This document shows, in pieces, positions 50,333-60,975 of a stretch of DNA of 64,000 nucleotides. The first letter of the stretch is position 1. Every line of letters begins with the position of its first letter. This DNA is from an uncultured Verrucomicrobiae bacterium (GTDB lineage: Bacteria > Chlamydiota > Chlamydiia > Chlamydiales > Rhabdochlamydiaceae): NCBI GenBank assembly GCA_963718565.1, contig OY970364.1:96001-160000 (forward strand). The letters are read 5' to 3'. A model generated the notes under the pieces. That model worked only from the letters and a program-made list of their open reading frames with translations, did no database searches and was not told where the DNA came from. The position numbers and the translations under genes were made by a program.

Positions 50333-51625
50333 CTATTCTTTCTGCGACTGAAGGTAGGCAAACTTTACTGCTGGACTTGAGCGCTCAAAGTCATAACCAT
50401 TGTTAGCAATATTCCAAGTCACCCGGCCTTTTAACGACTCAGGAGCAGTCTCGGTAATTGCGGCAAAGATCGCGCGTTTACGATTCTCGCCGTAAGGGTG
50501 GGTGTAAAGGAGTTCCAAATTCTTATGCATCCAGTCCATAATTCCACTTTTGTTTTGGTTTAAAATCTCTTGAAGATAGATCGCTCCGAGAGGATTAAAT
50601 TGAGCTCTGTGCGCGAAGTAAGTCCCTGTAACATCAGCTTCATATTCATTTTTACGCGAGTTGAAAAGACCTACAAGTTCTTTAGCTTTTTCTTCCGCCC
50701 ATTCAAAGACATCATTTAACTTGGAATAAAGTTGCTCCTTGTTCGCCAAAGCATCTATTTCATGCTGTTGTAATTCGGAGGCCGGTTTTTTGCTAAGAGC
50801 TTCATACTCTTTGTCGGTATGTTTCAAATAAGTGATCAAGGCTAGTCGCCCAATGCCCAGTACAATTGAGCGGATAAGGTTGCCAAAGATGGCTACGATG
50901 GAATGTCGCGATGCGACATGCGTCATCTCATGTCCCATCAACGCTGCCAAAACGTCTTCTAAAGTTACTTGGGATAAATCAACTCTTACTTTCGATCCAT
51001 CGGCAAATTCAACTGTAGTTTCTGTGATTGCATTGGATTTGATCGCAGCATCAATCTCTTTAACGAGCTGAGTAAATACTACCATGCCTCCTGCAGGAAC
51101 AGCAAAAGCATTTATCTTTGAGGAAAGTACTGTTTTTACGCGATAATCGAATTTTGTCGTTTCATCTGGTGGATTAAGAAGATCTTGATTTGTGTCCTTA
51201 AGACGTGAGAACACCGATTCCACTTTATCTGCGATACGCTCATAGGTTCCCGGCAAAAGCTCTTGAGTCTCTCTCAGATTACCAGTAGCTAGGGGATAAA
51301 ACACCCAATCTCCTAGCATCTTCTCGATACGGCGAGAAATACCTAAAAAGTGGCGATTGCCATTGATAGGATTGACTGGATAAACGAAATCAAGCAAAGG
51401 TCTCATGATCCGACCCACAGTGTTGTTTGCTGCTTCAGAAATCGCCGAAGAAATGCCCTTCAAACTGCTATCTATTCCATCGATCAAGTTGTAAACTTTA
51501 CTATAGCAGCTTAATCCCATTCCTCCTTGAGATTGAACGTGTTCCTGGCTGTAGCAGGGCAATAAGTGAGTCTGGAACACATCGCTTGCAGCCGACTGAG
51601 AACGATGGAGAACATTTGTTGTCAT
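50333..51625 (-). CDS. M48-family Zn metallopeptidase with extended N-terminus
   Basis: INAFAVPAG, GHEMTH (HExxH), EYEAD, YTHP. Confidence 0.9.
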   Translation of the reverse strand: MTTNVLHRSQSAASDVFQTHLLPCYSQEHVQSQGGMGLSCYSKVYNLIDGIDSSLKGISSAISEAANNTVGRIMRPLLDFVYPVNPINGNRHFLGISRRIEKMLGDWVFYPLATGNLRETQELLPGTYERIADKVESVFSRLKDTNQDLLNPPDETTKFDYRVKTVLSSKINAFAVPAGGMVVFTQLVKEIDAAIKSNAITETTVEFADGSKVRVDLSQVTLEDVLAALMGHEMTHVASRHSIVAIFGNLIRSIVLGIGRLALITYLKHTDKEYEALSKKPASELQQHEIDALANKEQLYSKLNDVFEWAEEKAKELVGLFNSRKNEYEADVTGTYFAHRAQFNPLGAIYLQEILNQNKSGIMDWMHKNLELLYTHPYGENRKRAIFAAITETAPESLKGRVTWNIANNGYDFERSSPAVKFAYLQSQKE

Positions 51626-51783
51626 TTTTAACCTCTAATTTTAGAAAAAGTTGACAAATAGTAGAAAAACGATGAAATAAAAACAAGCATAATTGAATTA
51701 TATAACAACTAAAAAGCTGAAATTAGTAAATAAAATATGCAGTTACATGGCAAATATTATTTAATAAAATGTAATGTTGAGAA

Positions 51784-51949
51784 TTATACTGCGCCCAGTA
51801 TAGGTCTTGGCCTGGAAGGTACGTCCTCAAAAACCTATGGCAAGCACTGAATGTCATTTGGATCCATGCCAGGCTTTGCATTTATCGATCTCAATCAGGC
51901 ATGGATCCAAATGACATTCAGTGCTTGCTACAGGTCTCCGAGGAGGTAT
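51784..51949. repeat. Family C palindromic element (51819-51949) preceded by the short motif TTATACTGCGCC
   Basis: Perfect 31-bp arms at 51840-51870 and 51898-51928. Partial copies at 35992 and 53048. TTATACTGCGCC also occurs near 14893 and 33999. Confidence 0.88.
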
Positions 51950-52039
51950 GAATTGAGCGGCTTGTAAAGTCAAAACAAAACGCCCAGACCCATTAATAAA
52001 ACTTTCGCTTGATAACAGAGCGCCCTATATTTAGACTGC

Positions 52040-52953
52040 TCTGGTTCCACAGAAAGTACAACAGGAAGTGCGCATTGTAGCCACAGGAATCCCAAAAGGA
52101 TCTCGCTTTAAGGGCTACCAGACCTATGTCGTTCAAGAACTAGAGACTGTGCCTAAGGACATAACCTATAAGCTCGAGGTCTGGCAATCTCCCGATGGTA
52201 GTATAGTGCGTGCATCAACACAAAAATGTATATTGCACGCATATAGGAGGTGAGTATTTTGCTTATTACACAACAGCCTCCAGCAAATCACGGAAAAACT
52301 TCCTGAGAATTTTACTCCAAGGTAAAGAGGGTTATGCGATCAATGAAGCATTCATATGGCATCTCTTCCAATGTGGCGTTAAGGATGATTGGCTCAACCG
52401 GCTTGAAGAACATATGGGGAAAAAGTACCGAAAAAAGAAGGGGCTTAACCAACTGCTGAATAGCTTAAGGGTTGAAGGCAAACAGCTGCGACAGCAATGC
52501 ATTGAAGCGGGATTGGTTGGTTTTATCAGCTTGGAAGCATGTTGGTAAGGCAGAGGTGCATGAACTATATGACCAACTGGTTGCAATGAAAAGCACAAGC
52601 CCAGGGATTAATGAAGTCATTGCTTCATTTTCCAAATACCGCGAAGAAATGCTAAAAGCGCTTGATCATCCCGGCCTTCCCCTGCACAATAATGACAGTG
52701 AGCAAGATATCCGAGGTGTGGCTAAACGAAGAAATATCTCTGGCACTACCAAAAGCGTAGAGGGCAGACAATTTCGAGACGGCCTATTGACGCTCAAGCA
52801 GACATGCGCCAGACTTGGCGTGAGCTTTTGGGAGTATTTGAGTCGGTGGTTGCGCTGCCGACAAAAAGTTGGACAGAAAATCGAGGGGATCCGATCGATT
52901 TAGCACAATTTGTTCATGAGCGTTATCAAACAGCCTCTCCGGCCACACCTTGA
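52040..52953 (+). pseudogene. IS66-like transposase remnant
   Basis: PLHNNDSEQDIR..KRRNISG...TCARLGVSFWEYL and GSRFKGY..YVVQEL in broken frames. Confidence 0.75.
52851..52889 (-). mobile_element. Solo right inverted repeat of IS3 copy a
   Basis: 39 bp identical to the reverse complement of 11183-11221. Confidence 0.9.
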
Positions 52954-53047
52954 CTGGTAGCACGTACATTAACTTCCTTGAAGACTCTGGCAAAAGTTGA
53001 AGACCATTTCGATCCGTGCCCAATCAAGATCGATAAGTGGTAAGTTT

Positions 53048-53099
53048 GGCATGGATCAAAATGGTCTTCAACTTTTGCCATGAGTTTTTAAGGACGTAC
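53048..53099. repeat. Family C right-half copy (diverged)
   Basis: GGCATGGATCAAAATG...TTGCCATGAGTTTTTAAGGACGTAC approximates the reverse complement of 51819-51870. Confidence 0.7.
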
Positions 53100-53391
53100 C
53101 CTGGAAGAAGAGTTCATGCAGAACGTTTTATAAATAAGTGCAAGTATCTGTCTTAATGGTGATTCTTAAAAGACATATAATTCCGACATTATTATATATT
53201 AATAATTAACTATACACAACGGGGTGATTTCCTGGGGGAGATTAAAACGAGTTGCGGAGACTAGAAGACCTGTCAAAGTCAGGTCGAGCCTGTTATGATG
53301 AAGACAGACCAAATGCCAGCCTGGTTTAAAAAATTTCTGTGGGATAAATTTAATGTCGGCAAGGCATAGAGCAATTAAGGAGGAGTTTGCT

Positions 53392-53733
53392 ATGACCCAT
53401 CAAACAAAGTTGATCTATGTTTTCTGGACGTGTCGGAATAAACTGGAAGCAAAAAAGATTATTCATGGATTACTGAATCAACGACTCATCGCTTGTGCAT
53501 CTGTTTTCCCCGAAGTTGAGTCAATCTATCGGTGGGAAGGGAAAATTGAAGAGAGTCAAGAGGTCAAGGTTATCCTCAAGACCTCCCTCAAGCATTTTGA
53601 TGTGGTCCAGGACTATATTCGAGAGCATTGCAGCTATGAAGTTCCTGAGATTTTACAAGTTGATATTATGCAGGGAAATCCCAGTTACTTATCGTGGGTT
53701 GTTCAGGAAACATCTTTCAGTGACCATTCTTAA
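53392..53733 (+). CDS. cutA: Divalent-cation tolerance protein CutA
   Basis: RLIACAS..SIYRWEGKIEE..E...KT..HCSYEVPEI; AGGAGG RBS. Confidence 0.93.
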   Translation: MTHQTKLIYVFWTCRNKLEAKKIIHGLLNQRLIACASVFPEVESIYRWEGKIEESQEVKVILKTSLKHFDVVQDYIREHCSYEVPEILQVDIMQGNPSYLSWVVQETSFSDHS

Positions 53734-53932
53734 GTGGCAATTTTTTCGATAAAAGTCGAATCGTGAGAAATAGCCAAGATAGCGCCGTCAAAATTAAGAA
53801 GAGCTGTTTCAATATGGTACATCCAATCAGGTAAGGAAGATTATGATTCTTTGGGAAAGTTCCTAGGAGGGGAATTTAATCTCCTGTTGGACTTTGCTCA
53901 TGATCGTATTATCGCATGCGATAGTTTTTCCA

Positions 53933-55419
53933 GGTAGTGTAACATTGTTTCTGTAAATTCAATTTTTCAAGAAAGTGTTTTGATAATTGAAAAAAAAGTT
54001 TGAGATCACATTCTCTTAAGTTTAGACAAACAAACAAAAGGAGAGGTTATGATCTCAAACAGCACATATGCCCCTGTAATCAACGCATTAGTGGAAGAAC
54101 TCGGACAACAAGGCTTACACGGCCTCAGCGAACTCTTGAGCAGGCTCTTCAATGAATTAATGAAGACCGAACGAGAGCAGGTTCTTCAAGCTGGTCCATA
54201 TGAGCGGACAGAGGCTAGAAAAGGTTATGCTAATGGTTTTAAAGATAAAACGGTACAGACTCGTTTTGGAAAATTAGAACTCCAGGTTCCACAAACTCGA
54301 GAGATTGCATTCTACCCACAGTGCTTAGAGAAGGGAGAGCGATCAGAAAGGGCATTAAAATTGGCAATTGCAGAAATGTATGTTCAGGGTGTTTCAACGC
54401 GGCGAATAGCTCCAATTGCAAAAGAGCTGTGCGGCTTTGATTTGAGTTCAACCCAAGTTTCTCGGGTTGCAATGATTCTCGATGAGGAGCTTGAAAAATT
54501 CCGCAGGAGAAATTTAGGTCACATCGTTTATCTTTATCTCGATGCCGATTATCAAAAGGTGAGACACGATGGACACGTCAGAGACATTGCAGTACTAAAA
54601 GCTGTTGGAGTGAACAAAGATGGATTTCGAGAAGTGCTTGGCATTTCATGCAGTTTATCTGAGGCCGAAGTGCATTGGAGGACATTCCTGGAAGACTTAC
54701 TCTCTCGAGGATTAAGAGGAGTAGAAATGGTGATTAGCGATGATCACTCTGGGCTAAAAGCTGCACTAAGGGCAGTGCTTCCATCGGTTCCTTGGCAGCG
54801 CTGTCTTTTTCATCTTGCTCAAAACGCTCAAAGCTATGTCCCAAACACGGCAATGCGAGGAGAAATTGCACAAGCGGTACGAGATGTTTATCAAGCCTTG
54901 AATCAACAAGAGGCTGAAAAACGAGTTAAGGAAACAGTGCAAAGATATGAAAAAAGAGCGCCCAAATTTTGCAATTGGTTTGAAATCAATGCAATTGAGG
55001 CAATGACATTTTATCATCGGCCAAGAAGGCACTGGAAACAGATAAGGACTGTTAATATTGTTGAAAGGCTTAATGGAGAGATTAAGCGGCGAACAAGAGT
55101 AGCAAGATTATTTCCCAATGAAGCGTCTTGTGAAAGATTGGTCACTGCCGTGGTATCTGAGATACACGATGAATGGATAAGCGGAAAGAGGTATTTGACG
55201 TTAGAATAAAATATTGAGGAAAACAACGCTAACACCGATGGAACACTTTTTGTTTAGGGGTGAATTATCTGGCATAAAAAAGTGTCAGATTCGAAAAATT
55301 TTTCCTCAAAAGCAAAGTAAAAAGCCGAAGCGTCTCTGACGCGAGAGGCCGTTTTTATAGTAAGAAATTGACCTAAGTGAAGAAGATTTCAGATTTTACA
55401 GAAAAATTGTTGCTTGATC
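53933..55419 (+). mobile_element. IS256-family element (copy 2)
   Basis: Same ends as copy 1. 8-bp target duplication TTTTTCCA at 53925-53932 and 55420-55427. Confidence 0.96.
54049..55209 (+). CDS. IS256 transposase
   Basis: Protein identical to 15542-16702. Confidence 0.95.
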   Translation: MISNSTYAPVINALVEELGQQGLHGLSELLSRLFNELMKTEREQVLQAGPYERTEARKGYANGFKDKTVQTRFGKLELQVPQTREIAFYPQCLEKGERSERALKLAIAEMYVQGVSTRRIAPIAKELCGFDLSSTQVSRVAMILDEELEKFRRRNLGHIVYLYLDADYQKVRHDGHVRDIAVLKAVGVNKDGFREVLGISCSLSEAEVHWRTFLEDLLSRGLRGVEMVISDDHSGLKAALRAVLPSVPWQRCLFHLAQNAQSYVPNTAMRGEIAQAVRDVYQALNQQEAEKRVKETVQRYEKRAPKFCNWFEINAIEAMTFYHRPRRHWKQIRTVNIVERLNGEIKRRTRVARLFPNEASCERLVTAVVSEIHDEWISGKRYLTLE

Positions 55420-55976
55420 TTTTTCCAAACTGCAGTCCAGGAAAATCGCTGACCAGAATTGGATACGGTTGCCTTTTGAGATACATCGATATGTGACTTT
55501 CCATTCCTTTGAATTGCCAAAAGAACTTCATGAGATCGATGGATTTATTGGTATGGATTACCTCAAAGAGCATCCGATATATCTCGATTATACTCATAAA
55601 ATTGCCTATATCGCTCCTCCTTGCAGATATCTCGAACGTGTTCCCGTTACTTTTAACATACGCAATGCCCCCATGATTGATGTGTCTTTGGAAGCTGATG
55701 CTTATTCTTTAAAAACGGCAATCCGAGTCCCGCATCCTTCTTCCACTATTCCAACAAAGTGGTGTTTATAGATCTAGTTCCATAATTCTCTAGAGAAATA
55801 AGATTTGAAATTATTTTCCTCAGAGAGGATGAATGCGTCTGCAAACCGTTTTGCGGGATTTTCTCTGGCTTCAGTTTTGATTGGAGTTATCATTTTTTTT
55901 TCTGTGGAAATGAAATTTTAACTTGTTAAATTTTTTGTTTTATTGGTAGCTTTTCGATAAATATTTGGAGGGTGCT

Positions 55977-57404
55977 ATGAATGTGTTCCTTAAAGGTTTG
56001 TTTGGATCGCTGATATTTTCTCAATGTCTATTGAACTCATCTTTCGCTGCTATTTCCGATGAATTTTCCCACGTATCGATTACAGAAGATGTGCAAACAC
56101 AGCAACTCAAAACTGCAAAAAAGGTCGCCCAAGTGGCTTCGCGAATTCTTTCCACACCTGAAGAGCACATGACTTTTGAAAATACTTTAGGGCTTTGGCA
56201 AAGGCTTATCGAGGAAATTTCCGCAAATGCTGATGGAATTACAAATCAAGGCATAGGTGCTGCATTCTCAGCAGAAATGCAATGCAGTCCTGAATTTTAT
56301 CTGGCTCTAAAACGCAATGCCCTATTGATTTTAAGCGAAGAATCGTCAAATGTTTTCCAAAAACACATTGCTCGTTGTTTCTTAGATAACTGCGAACAAA
56401 AAGGACAACAATATCTCCTGTATCTTAATGGGCGCGCAGAAGAGAAAAATAGCATTCAAAATGAGTTTACAATCATGGATCTTGCTATCGGGGACATCAG
56501 CAAAGATCAAATCATCGCATTGACCGAACAAATTCTAGATTCCAATGCTGATATTTTATGCCTGCGAGAAATAAGTGTTGAAGATAGCTCATCACTTTTT
56601 GATTCTTTGAAGAATGATTATGCTCATATCTATGTCGCTGCCAATGTTTGCGGCAAAGAATTCTCCAGCTCGAGCCCATGGATTAATGGCAGCATTTTCG
56701 TTGCGAGCAAATATGTATTAGAAAATGTGAAAATTCGATCTCTCCAGTCTAGCACAGAAAATGAACTTTTAGATTTTGTAATTAAAGGAAGTGAAAATTA
56801 TCTTGGCCATATCTATTCTGTTGCATTGCATCAAGGATATCTCGAGGAAGGATGTATCGAACAATTGGAAAAATTGATCCAAGTGATGCAGGGAGATTTT
56901 TTGGAAATCATCGAAACAGAGGAAATACCTTTCTTTGTTTGCGGAGATTTGGGCAATTCTGAGCAGGATAAAGCTTTGATAAGCAGCTATTTTCGGTCGG
57001 ACAATAGAAGCAATGGCCGAGCACTTCTTCTTCAATCTTTGCCAGCTTTTCCAAGAGAGAAGGTTGGTCAGGAATATAAGATCGCAACAGCAGCTTTTTT
57101 AATGCACGGCTGGACGGGTTTGTTTGCCAGAATCCAGGAAGAAACAAATCATTCTTTGGCAGAATTAGTTTCAAAAAATTTAAGAGGCAGATATCGGGGT
57201 GGAAATGAGATAATGCTGTGCGGCAGGGCAGATGTCTCTTATGATAGGGATACGGAGGGCAATAGTCAACTGGACGTAAGTGTAAGTGGCACTAAAGAGA
57301 CGGATTATGGGGATTTTTCAGTGGACGTTCATGGCGGCGCTAGCCAAGATAAAGGTGGAGATACTTCGGGTCATGCTGGGGTAGATATTTCATGGGAATT
57401 TTGA
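55977..57404 (+). CDS. Exported hypothetical protein; degenerate EEP-like domain and C-terminal beta-strands ending in Phe
   Basis: Signal peptide; ADILCLRE, FVASKY, FVCGDLG (EEP-like); ends HAGVDISWEF. Confidence 0.65.
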   Translation: MNVFLKGLFGSLIFSQCLLNSSFAAISDEFSHVSITEDVQTQQLKTAKKVAQVASRILSTPEEHMTFENTLGLWQRLIEEISANADGITNQGIGAAFSAEMQCSPEFYLALKRNALLILSEESSNVFQKHIARCFLDNCEQKGQQYLLYLNGRAEEKNSIQNEFTIMDLAIGDISKDQIIALTEQILDSNADILCLREISVEDSSSLFDSLKNDYAHIYVAANVCGKEFSSSSPWINGSIFVASKYVLENVKIRSLQSSTENELLDFVIKGSENYLGHIYSVALHQGYLEEGCIEQLEKLIQVMQGDFLEIIETEEIPFFVCGDLGNSEQDKALISSYFRSDNRSNGRALLLQSLPAFPREKVGQEYKIATAAFLMHGWTGLFARIQEETNHSLAELVSKNLRGRYRGGNEIMLCGRADVSYDRDTEGNSQLDVSVSGTKETDYGDFSVDVHGGASQDKGGDTSGHAGVDISWEF

Positions 57405-58306
57405 AGAGAGTGAAAAGCAAGTTTTATCTAATAGCGGGATGTGCACTCATTCCGGCTGCTTTTCTTTGCATTTTTTGGAGGCAACCTCAACTTGTTTGTA
57501 TCCCAGTGACGTTTACTTCTTCTGGAATTCCCATGTTAAATGCTTCGATTGAGGGAAAAACATATCCGTTACAATTTGATTTGGGGTCTAAATTTCCACT
57601 TTCTTTAAAGAAGAGTGTGTTGGAAGCAATTAATGATAAAAAATCTTTTGGCTTGGCAAAGTGGCAAGACGTTAAAGGCAATTTCTATGAAGAACCTTCT
57701 TACTCTATTCCATGTATTAAAATTGAAAGTTTAGTTTTAACCGAGATTATTGCTCGTCAAGAGAATGATGCTTTCAGAACTGGCACTACAATTTGGAAAG
57801 ACATCAGCGGTGTGCCAAATTCTACATGCAAACATGTTGGTTGCTTGGGAAGGCCTTTGCTTGAGCAGACGAATTTTTTATTAGATTTAAAAAATTCACA
57901 AATGATCGCATGTAATAGTAAACGCCGGCTTCAGAAAATAGGCTTTGTTTTAGATAATATGGCCAAAGTTCCATTTGAAGGGGGATCGAAAGGAATTATT
58001 ATCAATTTCGAAACCGATATAGGAATTTTGAGATTAGGTTTGGATACGGGGTCGACAATCACTTTAATTCGCACCTGCTGTTTACAAGACCAAAACTGTA
58101 CGAAAGATGCACGTGGATTCTCGGTTTTTACAACTCAAAAATTTTCCGTTGGAAATAAAGACTTTGGAACTATGATTTTATTCTTATATGATATTACTCC
58201 TGAATTAAAAGAAATCGATGGTATGCTGGGAATGGACTTTTTAGAAAATCATATTATCTATATCGATTACAAAGACGAGTTTGTTTACATTGGGAGCTAT
58301 AATTAG
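57392..58306 (+). CDS. Two-domain retropepsin-like aspartyl protease
   Basis: N-terminal anchor; FDLGS...GCLG and LDTGS...DGMLGMDFL. Confidence 0.8.
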   Translation: MGILKRVKSKFYLIAGCALIPAAFLCIFWRQPQLVCIPVTFTSSGIPMLNASIEGKTYPLQFDLGSKFPLSLKKSVLEAINDKKSFGLAKWQDVKGNFYEEPSYSIPCIKIESLVLTEIIARQENDAFRTGTTIWKDISGVPNSTCKHVGCLGRPLLEQTNFLLDLKNSQMIACNSKRRLQKIGFVLDNMAKVPFEGGSKGIIINFETDIGILRLGLDTGSTITLIRTCCLQDQNCTKDARGFSVFTTQKFSVGNKDFGTMILFLYDITPELKEIDGMLGMDFLENHIIYIDYKDEFVYIGSYN

Positions 58307-58428
58307 CATATCCCTCAGTGATCAACAGCTTGAAACTCATAATATTGGTATTCGCTCATACCCAGCTCCATTCAGAAGAATGAAAGGATTATAACGAGAA
58401 TAGCTTTTTCAATATACATACGCATCTT

Positions 58429-59259
58429 TTACTTTTCTTTCTTTGCTAAGCTAAGCAAACGTGACATGACCGCCTTGAAGTTATAAAGCGCTTTCGATTT
58501 TTTAAGTACCTTCTGTGCATTTCGCAATAATGCGTCATCTTCTTCAAGAACTTTCTGCATGATCTGAAGATGGCGGTCTGCTTGTTCAACATTCCCCGTC
58601 TCGCAAAAATATCTAACCATAAAGTATTCAAAAGCCCTGACTTCTGAAATATGAAAGACAGTTCGATGCGGGTACAATTGTCTCAACGTATAGGCCCCTT
58701 TGAAAATTTCAAGAGCTTTTTCAGGGAAGCCATCTCTAATGTAGATATTTGCTTGTGCTGTTTGGGCGAATAGATAATCGGGAAATTTTTCATATGTCTT
58801 AGCGATGAGTTTTTCTACTTGATCTTGTTGCCCTAAATGGTCGTACCCATTTGCTATGTAATTAAGGATCACTGGATTATCTGGGTATTTGGCGCGCAGA
58901 GCATTTAGTTTTTGAAAATATTCACAATTTTCTGAATCAATTGTATCGGGGTATTCATATAGATTATGATAAAGAGTCGCCATCAACTCCTCATCCTCTG
59001 GTGAAACAGCTGGAAAATTGTTTTTAGATTCTGCTGGAGTTAAGGCGTCTGTTTTAATCTCAAAAGGTTCTAATCGAACTGCTGAAGGAGCAAGGTTTTT
59101 GTTTTTCGCTAAGCAACATTTTTTGTATTTTAACCCACTGCCACATAAGCAGGGATCATTACGACTTAATGAGGGAGGAGGCAGCCTTTCCAAGAGGTCA
59201 AAAAGTGCATTCATCTGTTCGTTTGAAGGATTTTGTTCAATTTCTTCTTCTTGATCCAT
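58429..59259 (-). CDS. SEC-C motif protein with TPR-like helical region
   Basis: SRNDPCLCGSGLKYKKCC followed by TPR-like repeats. Confidence 0.8.
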   Translation of the reverse strand: MDQEEEIEQNPSNEQMNALFDLLERLPPPSLSRNDPCLCGSGLKYKKCCLAKNKNLAPSAVRLEPFEIKTDALTPAESKNNFPAVSPEDEELMATLYHNLYEYPDTIDSENCEYFQKLNALRAKYPDNPVILNYIANGYDHLGQQDQVEKLIAKTYEKFPDYLFAQTAQANIYIRDGFPEKALEIFKGAYTLRQLYPHRTVFHISEVRAFEYFMVRYFCETGNVEQADRHLQIMQKVLEEDDALLRNAQKVLKKSKALYNFKAVMSRLLSLAKKEK

Positions 59260-59863
59260 TACAACCTCTTTTCCTCACCTTTGGATTATTCAATAGCATC
59301 ATGACAGAAAATTTTTGAATTGAGTCATCGCCGGTCTCTTGCAATGGAAACATTTTAAAGAGAAGATCAATTTTAATCTATCGCAAATGGAGGCTGTTGG
59401 TTGTCTTATTCTCTTGGTGTCTGCTTAGAGCACGAAGAATAGAATCCAAGACCTCATCAAGGCGTTTACCTACATCTTCAGCTAGAAAGCGCAGAACTGT
59501 GTAGCCGTTCTCTTGTAATAAAGCATCTTTCCGCCGGTCTCGACGATACGCTTCAGCATTGCCGAGATGTTGGGCTCCATCGAGTTCAATTGCAAGATGT
59601 GCTTCAGAGCAGAGCAAATCCACCTCCATTCGGCCCCAACCGTCGAATGGAATATCGAGTTCTGTATTCAGCTGGAATCGTCCAGCCGTCTGAGGTAGTG
59701 TTTCAAGACGACGGAATAGGAAGCTTTCAGTTGCGCTTCGAGCGCGATTCGCTCCTTCTGCTTCTGAAGGGAGAATCGAAGAGACTTGAACAAGCAGATA
59801 TAATGGTCCCCAAAATTTAGACCACTGTCTAAGCTAATATCCTCCCAATGCGAGGAGGCCAAA

Positions 59864-60154
59864 ATGGCCAAAACAAAAAAACAATATTCACCGGAGTTCA
59901 AGCTCAAAGTAGTACTAGAAGTGCTCAAGGGTGAGAAGACAGCAACCCAACTCGCTGGCGAGTTGGGGGTACATCCCGTAGTTCTGTCGGAATGGAAAAA
60001 ACAATTTATTGAGGCAGGACCTCAGATTTTTGTAAAGACCAGGAGGTCTAGGGATACAGCAGAGGGCAAAGAAAAGGCCGAACTGTTCGAACAGATTGGA
60101 AGACTCAAGATGGAGAACGAGTGGCTTAAAAAAAAATTGGGGGCTTTGACCTGA
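59864..60154 (+). CDS. IS3 transposase OrfA
   Basis: YSPEFKLKVVLE..LGVHP..WKKQ..QIGRLKMENEWLKKK; A-run slippery site; GAGGAGG RBS. Confidence 0.9.
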   Translation: MAKTKKQYSPEFKLKVVLEVLKGEKTATQLAGELGVHPVVLSEWKKQFIEAGPQIFVKTRRSRDTAEGKEKAELFEQIGRLKMENEWLKKKLGALT

Positions 60155-60975
60155 ATGAAAAACGGGCACTCATTGAACCTCACGATATCAAATTTTCCCA
60201 AAGAGCACAGTGTAAGCTCCTCGGAGTATGTCGATCTGGATTGTACTACGAGCCACAGCAGCCTGGTGAAGAAGACTTGCGACTCATGTGCGCAATCGAC
60301 AAACAGTACCTCGAAACCCCCTATTATGGGAGGCGTCGAATGACAGTGGCAATGAGAAAACTAGGATTTGTCGTGGGACAGAAAAAAGTGCGAACAGCGA
60401 TGCAGGTGATGGGGATAGAGGCGATCTATCCAAAGCCGAACCTGAGCGCTGGGAATAAACAGCATAAAAAGTTCCCGTATTTACTGAGGGGCCTAATTGT
60501 TGATCGTTCCGATCAAGCTTGGGCAGCTGACATCACTTACATTCCATTAACAAAAGGATTCGGATATCTGTTTGCAATCATAGACTGGTATAGTCGGTAC
60601 GTGATTGAGTGGGAGCTCTCAAATCTGCTTGATACAGAATTTTGCATGGAGGCATTGCAAAGGAGTCTTTGGCAAAAAAGACCTGAGATATTTAATACTG
60701 ATCAAGGTGTGCAGTTTACGAGTAGTCAATTCACCGGGAAACTTGAAGAGAATGGGATTAAAATCAGTATGGACGGGAAGGGTCGAGCTCTTGATAACGT
60801 GTTTATTGAGAGGCTGTGGAGAAGCGTGAAGTATGAAGAAATTTACCCGAAAGGATACGAGAGCATGAAAGAGGTTCGATCGGGGCTGAAAAAGTACTTT
60901 GAGTTTTACAACAACAAGCGACCCCATCAGGGTCTCGATTATCGAACCCCAGCAGAGGTGTATTATGGGACATAA
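60151..60975 (+). CDS. IS3 transposase OrfB (DDE)
   Basis: YGRRRM, WAADITY, NTDQGVQF, DNVFIERLWRSVKYE, RPHQGL. Confidence 0.92.
   Translation: MNEKRALIEPHDIKFSQRAQCKLLGVCRSGLYYEPQQPGEEDLRLMCAIDKQYLETPYYGRRRMTVAMRKLGFVVGQKKVRTAMQVMGIEAIYPKPNLSAGNKQHKKFPYLLRGLIVDRSDQAWAADITYIPLTKGFGYLFAIIDWYSRYVIEWELSNLLDTEFCMEALQRSLWQKRPEIFNTDQGVQFTSSQFTGKLEENGIKISMDGKGRALDNVFIERLWRSVKYEEIYPKGYESMKEVRSGLKKYFEFYNNKRPHQGLDYRTPAEVYYGT

Larger units (their letters stand above)
53780..55771 (+). pseudogene. Aspartyl-protease paralog remnant split by IS256 copy 2
   Basis: FNLLLDFAHDRIIACDSFS | KLQSRK..EIDGFIGMDYL..IYLDY aligns by eye with 57392-58306. Confidence 0.7.

Noticed and set aside
15426..55419. 40-kb composite transposon bounded by the two IS256 copies
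   Set aside because: Copy 2 has its own target duplication, the outer flanks do not match, and the interval includes prfC.
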